64,000 nucleotides of DNA from Spirochaetaceae bacterium (GTDB taxonomy: Bacteria > Spirochaetota > Spirochaetia > DSM-2461), in assembly GCA_051531975.1 (NCBI GenBank), contig JAOPTT010000016.1, forward strand, positions 88,927-152,926. Direction: 5' to 3'. Position numbers and translations under genes: made by a program. The notes beneath the pieces were generated by a model, which was not told the DNA's origin, ran no database searches, and saw nothing but the letters and a program-made list of their open reading frames with translations. This document shows positions 58,562-64,000 of this stretch, one piece after another. The first letter of the stretch is position 1. The number at the start of each line of letters is the position of its first letter.

Positions 58562-61500
58562 CTATGTTAATATTCCTCCAATTTTAAGAGATAATTCAAG
58601 CTTCTTATATGGTTTTTGAATAAAACCTGAGACACCATCTTCAATTAGTTTTTCAATACTAATGTCTTTAGAAAAACCAGAACTAATTAAAACTTTAACG
58701 TCCGGATTAATCTCTTTTATTGCATAAAATACATCTCTACCATTCATATTTGGCATTACCATATCCAGAACAACTAGATCAATAGAAGAATATTTTTCAT
58801 TATATATTTTAATACATTCTTCACCATCACTGGCATATATTACATTATATCCTAATTCTGTTATTAACTGACCAATTACTAACCTTACAATATTTTCATC
58901 ATCAACTACTAAAATAGTACCATTACCATGATGTACATTAGGTTTAAAGTTTATATCTTTAATAATACTATTCTTTGGTATTATAGGTAATAAAATTTTA
59001 AAAACAGAACCATGACCTAATTCACTAAATAAATGAATATGACCTCTATTTTCTTTTATTGTATTATAAACAATGGAAAGTCCTAAACCTGTGCCTTTAC
59101 CCATGGTTTTAGTAGTATAAAAAGGTTCAAAGAGACGCTCTTGTACCTCTTTTGTCATACCACAACCATTATCTTCAACATCAATTTCTATGTAACTACC
59201 TAGAGGTATTGTGGTGGTAGGACTAGGGTTTTTTCTATCAAAACAGACATTTGAAGTTTTAAATATTAGTTCTCCACCATTTGGCATCGCGTCTCTAGCA
59301 TTTAAACTTAAATTTAAAAGAGAATTCTGAATAAGAGATTTATCCCCATTTATTAGAGAATTCTTTGCATTTAAGTCTGACTTAATCATAATTGATTTAT
59401 CTATACTCCTCTCTAACATCGAATGCATTGTCCTAATATATTCATGTATATCAAATATCTCATTTACTGACTTTCCTTTATGGGAGAAGGATAATAATTT
59501 TTTAGTTAGTTCGGCAGCTTGCATTGATGTATCCATTATTAAATTGGTAAATTGAAGTAGCTCCTCATCTTGTGAAACTCTAGCTGATATTATTTCGGCA
59601 CATCCCATTATACCTGTCAACATATTATTAAAATCATGGGCAACTCCACCAGCAAGCTGACCAATTGCTTCCATTTTTTGAGATTGCCTTAACTGATCTT
59701 CAATCTTTTTGTCTTCTGTTATGTCCGTCTTAATTGCTACATAATTGGTTATTTTATTTTTATCATTAAGAATAGGAGTTATAATTGTTTTTTCACAAAA
59801 CATTTCCCCATTTTTTTTCCGATTATAAAAAACCCCTTCCCAAGTTTTACCACTACTGATGGTATCCCACATCTCTTTATGAAATTCAGATGGGTGATAA
59901 TCTGTCCTTAAGATGCTGACATTTTTACCTATATACTCATCTACGGAATATTTTGTTAGTTCTGTGAAAAATGGATTAGCATATTCTATTATTCCATGAT
60001 TATCAGTAATTAAAATAGTTGCGTCAATTTTTTCAATTACTTTTTTAAATTTATTTAATGATTTTTCAGCCAAATTCTGCTCTGTTATATCCCTGGCATA
60101 AACATTTACATAATCTTCATTTTTAACTGGCATTAACGAAAACAGGTACAACTTATCAAAAATATCTTCTTCTACTGTTAACGTTTCCGAGTTAGAAATT
60201 ACTAGTTTAATTATTTTAATCCATTTTTGGGGAACATTTCCCATAATATTTGTTTCCCAGGATTTAATAACACTGTTTGTGGCATTATTTGCATATAAAA
60301 TCTTACCTTTAGTAGAAATTCTAAATACTGGATTTGGATTTTCTGAAGGGAACTTAGCTAGATAATCTCTCTCTATGGATAATAACTTTTCTTTAGTTAT
60401 ATCTTCAACTACAGCAATATAATAATAAGGCTCATTATTTTTATCTCTGACTAAACTACTTGTAAGGTTTACCCATATAATGTCTCCACTTTTTTTAATA
60501 TATCGTTTTGTAAAAGTGTAAGTAGTGATTTCACCTTTTAATAGTTTATTCATATAAATTAAGTCATTTTCTAAGTCATCTGGGTGAGTCATTTCCTGAA
60601 ATGTTATTAATTGTAGCTCTTCTAGAGTATACCCGACAATGTCACATAACTTTTGATTAACTTCCATCCATAATCCATCTATATTTAATTGAGCTACCCC
60701 AACAGTTGCTTGATCAAAAATAACTCTATATTTCTCTTCACTCTCTTTTAAATTTGATTTCATTTCCAAATCGTTAGTTTGTTCGGTAAATATTATGGCA
60801 ACTTTTTTATTTCCAGCTTTCCAAGCTTTAATAGAAAAATATTTATCAAGTTCTTTAGTATAATTTATATAATTTTCAGGAATTCCTGAAGATTCAACTT
60901 TCTCATATAAATCAATCCAATAGTCTTCAACAATACCAAATACTTCCTTTGCCTTTTTTCCAATGAGATCATCATTTTCTAATCCAACTAAGTTTTTAAA
61001 AGCTTTATTAACCTGAAGAAAATAATAATCTATAGCATTACCATTTTTATCATATATAAGTTCTATTAGCTGAAACATTGAATCCATAGAGTCAAAAAGT
61101 TGGGTTTGTTGTTCTTCATTTAAGTTATCTGATTTTATTAAAATATCATTTTTGGGTATCGTAGTTTTACGGTTTGTTTTATATTCTAGTGTTGTTAAAA
61201 ACTTTTCTAAATCATTTTTGACTTCTAATGCTGTTTTATAGCGATGGTCTAAACTCTTCTCTAATAGTTTCATTATTATATCAGAGATTATTTTAGGAAT
61301 CTTATGATTTATAATACTAGGCGGGGTAGGGACTTTATTTATATGAGAATTTATCAACTCTGATATTTCTAGTGTTGTAAATGGTAATCTACCTGTTAGT
61401 ATCTCGTAGAGTGATACTCCTAATGAATATAGATCTGATGCAAATGTTAGTTTTATATTTGAATACCCTGTTTGTTCAGGTGATATGTAAGCTAAAGTTC

Positions 61501-62005
61501 CTTCTATATAAACATTTTTTTCTGGACTATTAAGACTTTCTGCGATTCCAAAATCAATGATTTTAACCTGGTTAGTCTTGGGATTCCAGATTATATTTGA
61601 AGGATTTATATTCTTATGAATGTATTTCGCACTATGTATATCTGTTAAACTATCTGTTATTTTTATTGCTAAAAATACAAAGTCTTCAAATGTTAAACTA
61701 CTATATTTTACTAGTATATCCAGTGATTTCCCATGAATGTCTTCCTCAACTATCACCATGGATTGTTTTATCTTTTCAACTGATAAAATTTTATTTATTC
61801 CAATGGAGTTTATATTGCATGTGATAGAATATTCCCTTTTTAATCTCTGAAGTTCTTGTGTGGTAGGATTTTTAGACTCAAGTACTTTTAGAATAACCGA
61901 CCTATTAGTTTGTTCTTCTATTGCTCTATATATTATTGAACTTGAACTTTCATAAAGAATAGTAATTAGGTCATATCCTATTATATATTGAATCAATTCA
62001 TCCAT
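58562..62005 (-). CDS. Ser/Thr kinase-like domain fused to multi-PAS hybrid histidine kinase (STK-PAS x4-HisKA-HATPase-REC)
   Basis: VILK, HKNINPSN, DFG, YISPEQTG, DLYSLG; PAS repeats; GGVAHDFNN, NARDAM, GTGLGL, VLDMVMP. Confidence 0.92.
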   Translation of the reverse strand: MDELIQYIIGYDLITILYESSSSIIYRAIEEQTNRSVILKVLESKNPTTQELQRLKREYSITCNINSIGINKILSVEKIKQSMVIVEEDIHGKSLDILVKYSSLTFEDFVFLAIKITDSLTDIHSAKYIHKNINPSNIIWNPKTNQVKIIDFGIAESLNSPEKNVYIEGTLAYISPEQTGYSNIKLTFASDLYSLGVSLYEILTGRLPFTTLEISELINSHINKVPTPPSIINHKIPKIISDIIMKLLEKSLDHRYKTALEVKNDLEKFLTTLEYKTNRKTTIPKNDILIKSDNLNEEQQTQLFDSMDSMFQLIELIYDKNGNAIDYYFLQVNKAFKNLVGLENDDLIGKKAKEVFGIVEDYWIDLYEKVESSGIPENYINYTKELDKYFSIKAWKAGNKKVAIIFTEQTNDLEMKSNLKESEEKYRVIFDQATVGVAQLNIDGLWMEVNQKLCDIVGYTLEELQLITFQEMTHPDDLENDLIYMNKLLKGEITTYTFTKRYIKKSGDIIWVNLTSSLVRDKNNEPYYYIAVVEDITKEKLLSIERDYLAKFPSENPNPVFRISTKGKILYANNATNSVIKSWETNIMGNVPQKWIKIIKLVISNSETLTVEEDIFDKLYLFSLMPVKNEDYVNVYARDITEQNLAEKSLNKFKKVIEKIDATILITDNHGIIEYANPFFTELTKYSVDEYIGKNVSILRTDYHPSEFHKEMWDTISSGKTWEGVFYNRKKNGEMFCEKTIITPILNDKNKITNYVAIKTDITEDKKIEDQLRQSQKMEAIGQLAGGVAHDFNNMLTGIMGCAEIISARVSQDEELLQFTNLIMDTSMQAAELTKKLLSFSHKGKSVNEIFDIHEYIRTMHSMLERSIDKSIMIKSDLNAKNSLINGDKSLIQNSLLNLSLNARDAMPNGGELIFKTSNVCFDRKNPSPTTTIPLGSYIEIDVEDNGCGMTKEVQERLFEPFYTTKTMGKGTGLGLSIVYNTIKENRGHIHLFSELGHGSVFKILLPIIPKNSIIKDINFKPNVHHGNGTILVVDDENIVRLVIGQLITELGYNVIYASDGEECIKIYNEKYSSIDLVVLDMVMPNMNGRDVFYAIKEINPDVKVLISSGFSKDISIEKLIEDGVSGFIQKPYKKLELSLKIGGILT

Positions 62006-62011
62006 AAATTA

Positions 62012-62039
62012 AACATAGGTTATGCAGTGTTATTGTCAA
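62012..62039 (-). promoter_or_regulatory. Sigma70-type promoter (leaderless) for the kinase fusion
   Basis: Minus strand TTGACA-16 nt-TATGTT-6 nt-ATG, no Shine-Dalgarno. Confidence 0.6.
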
Positions 62040-62087
62040 CGAATTTAACAGAATTTTTGGTGTATTATATAAATAAAACTATTAAGT

Positions 62088-62116
62088 TTGTAATTTATGT
62101 ATTAAAAAACTATATT
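62088..62116 (+). promoter_or_regulatory. Sigma70-type promoter (leaderless) for the response regulator
   Basis: TTGTAA-17 nt-TATATT-6 nt-ATG, no Shine-Dalgarno. Confidence 0.6.
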
Positions 62117-62122
62117 TTTAAT

Positions 62123-62467
62123 ATGAAGAAAATTTTACTTATTGATGATGATATAATCATCTTAAAAACTTATGAACATATATTTAAAAATTTAAATTAT
62201 CAGTTAACGGCAATAAGTGATAGTAAAAAAGGTTTAGAGATTGCTATAAATGAAGATTTCGATGTTATTCTTACAGATAATAAAATGCCTAACCTTACTG
62301 GTATAGAATTAATATTGGAGTTAAAAAAAGTAAAAAAAGATGTTAATATTTATTTATTAACAGGATTTATCGAAAAAGATCAATTAAAATTACTGAAGTC
62401 TATAGGAGTTACAGGAATAATAGAAAAACCTTTTAGTTCTTCTCAGATAATATCTCTTTTAGAATAA
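62123..62467 (+). CDS. Single-domain (CheY-like) response regulator
   Basis: LLIDDD, LTDNKMP, LLTG, EKP; start moved to ATG 62123. Confidence 0.9.
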   Translation: MKKILLIDDDIIILKTYEHIFKNLNYQLTAISDSKKGLEIAINEDFDVILTDNKMPNLTGIELILELKKVKKDVNIYLLTGFIEKDQLKLLKSIGVTGIIEKPFSSSQIISLLE

Positions 62468-62492
62468 TGTAATAACATCACTTATGATCCTA

Positions 62493-63608
62493 TTAGTTAT
62501 TATTAAATCTTAATATAAATATATTACTTTTATTAGTTAATCCTTTAAGTTTTACCTTTTTCTTTTTTAATGAAATTGATCTTTCTAACAACAGTTGTTC
62601 TATACCAGAATCTTTGGAAACTTTCTCTGAAATTAGAATCTGGTTATTTTTAGCTTCATTCTGTATTCTTGCAGCAATATTAATAGTTTGACCAAAATAA
62701 TCGATACGTTTATTTAATGTAACCATTATTGTAGAGCCCATATGGATTCCCATTTTAACTAGAATCTCCCTCTCACTATCTAACTTTGTATCAAACTCTT
62801 TAAATCTTTCTCGTATCTCAATAGCAGCTAAAGTTGAATCAGTTGGTTTTTTGAAGGATGCCATTACAGCGTCACCAATAGTTTTTATTACAATACCATT
62901 ATATTTTGCTATTATATCAAAAAGTATATGGAAGTGCTCTCTAATTAGACGGTATGCTGTAGCATCTCCAACTCTTTCGTATAGAGCTGTGGAACCTTTA
63001 ATATCAGTAAATAGTATTGAGATGTTTTTAATTTTTAGAGACTGATCAAAAGGCAGGTTGTCATCGTCGAATAACTCCTTAAATGATTCTATATGTATAC
63101 AATCAATTCCAGATACAAATGTCTGACTTCTAAGATATTTAGCTAGTTCTAGTTTCTTTTCTAATGGTGCATTAATTGCATCATTCATTATTTTTTTGTT
63201 ATTTTCGAAGAATTCAGTAGGAAAATCTACATATGCCTCTGATGGTGTAAAACATATACCTATATTTTGGTCTAAAGTATTACTAAAAGTAATACTACAC
63301 ATCTGACAGTTTGATTCATGGGTTACATCTGCTAACAGTTTGTGGGCTTCAGGCACTCCATTACATGATGGGCAGTGATATTGCCAATTAATATCAACTA
63401 ACTCGTTATGAGCCATTTCTATAAAACATTCTAACATTTTTCTTCTATCAATATTTAAAGTATCTGCTAAATTATGAACATTTATCTGATAAATATCTGA
63501 TAGAGTTGCTGACTCCCCCCATGTTTTTAATTTTATATATTCTTCAGAGGTTAATAATAATTTATCTTTGATCTCATCAGTTTTGGTAAAAAAAATATTT
63601 AATAACAA
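62493..63608 (-). CDS. Soluble class III adenylate cyclase with N-terminal Cys-rich (DUF5939-like) domain
   Basis: CPSC...CQMC; LFTDIKGST, KTIGDAVMA, DYFGQTINIAAR; TTG start after GGTGG. Confidence 0.88.
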   Translation of the reverse strand: MLLNIFFTKTDEIKDKLLLTSEEYIKLKTWGESATLSDIYQINVHNLADTLNIDRRKMLECFIEMAHNELVDINWQYHCPSCNGVPEAHKLLADVTHESNCQMCSITFSNTLDQNIGICFTPSEAYVDFPTEFFENNKKIMNDAINAPLEKKLELAKYLRSQTFVSGIDCIHIESFKELFDDDNLPFDQSLKIKNISILFTDIKGSTALYERVGDATAYRLIREHFHILFDIIAKYNGIVIKTIGDAVMASFKKPTDSTLAAIEIRERFKEFDTKLDSEREILVKMGIHMGSTIMVTLNKRIDYFGQTINIAARIQNEAKNNQILISEKVSKDSGIEQLLLERSISLKKKKVKLKGLTNKSNIFILRFNNN

Positions 63609-64000
63609 TTTGTACCACCTTTTTACATATGTAAAATATTTTAACTTTAAGTTACAATAAACGCTACATAAAATTTATAATATTCCTTAGTTAAGATAAT
63701 AGTTAGTAAATGCATTTATCACAGCTTTACAATAATCTACAATAATAAAGCTTTAATAGCATATATACAGTTCAAGTATGTTAATTGTGATCCAAGAATA
63801 AAGTTTAAAAAAATGGTAAATATATATATTATATACAGATTAAAGAAGATAACAGATGAAGCAAGATATCGTTATTTGATTTTTAGAATAGATTCTTTAG
63901 ATAACTGTTGAATATTAAAAACTAAATATTGACATTTACTGTAACAATACTTATTTTCTATTACTACGAATAATAATAGTTCTTGGAGAATAAATGATAA

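Noticed and set aside
12496..63045. Other short ORFs of 60-140 aa opposite long genes (for example 12496, 14151, 17065, 28124, 32027, 46243, 52401, 61597, 62851)
   Set aside because: They overlap confident genes on the other strand and lack RBS or family motifs.
1..64000. rRNA, tRNA, CRISPR arrays, IS elements, prophage genes
   Set aside because: None recognised; intergenic regions are short, AT-rich and show no regularly spaced repeats by eye.

Overview
AT-rich bacterial chromosomal window from an anaerobe, probably a free-living spirochaete (inferred from gene content, not proven). No rRNA, tRNA, CRISPR array, integrase or transposase was recognised. 1-7.3 kb is a minus-strand nitrogen-assimilation cluster: amtB-glnK, a GAF/AAA+/HTH NifA-like sigma54 activator, an archaeal-type asparagine synthetase and glutamine synthetase III. 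It has two sigma54 promoters, each preceded by a pair of TACA-N4-TGTA palindromes in matching geometry. 7.4-20 kb is largely housekeeping: Maf-like protein, FtsI-type PBP, LysM/M23 peptidase, a 2-oxoacid:ferredoxin oxidoreductase operon, asparaginase, a nuclease-DinG helicase and DjlA. 20-64 kb is an accessory region rich in signalling and detoxification genes. It holds an RsbS-like STAS plus hybrid kinase, a diguanylate cyclase, an HD-GYP protein, a doubly flavinylatable lipoprotein, and a coupled operon of exported TPR-CHAT protease, CHASE2 adenylate cyclase and FecR-like protein. It also holds a subclass B1 metallo-beta-lactamase, four GNATs, a transglutaminase-TPR protein, a pseudokinase-PAS-histidine kinase fusion and two decayed genes. 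Several regulatory genes appear to be leaderless. All assignments come from reading motifs by eye; no database search was run.
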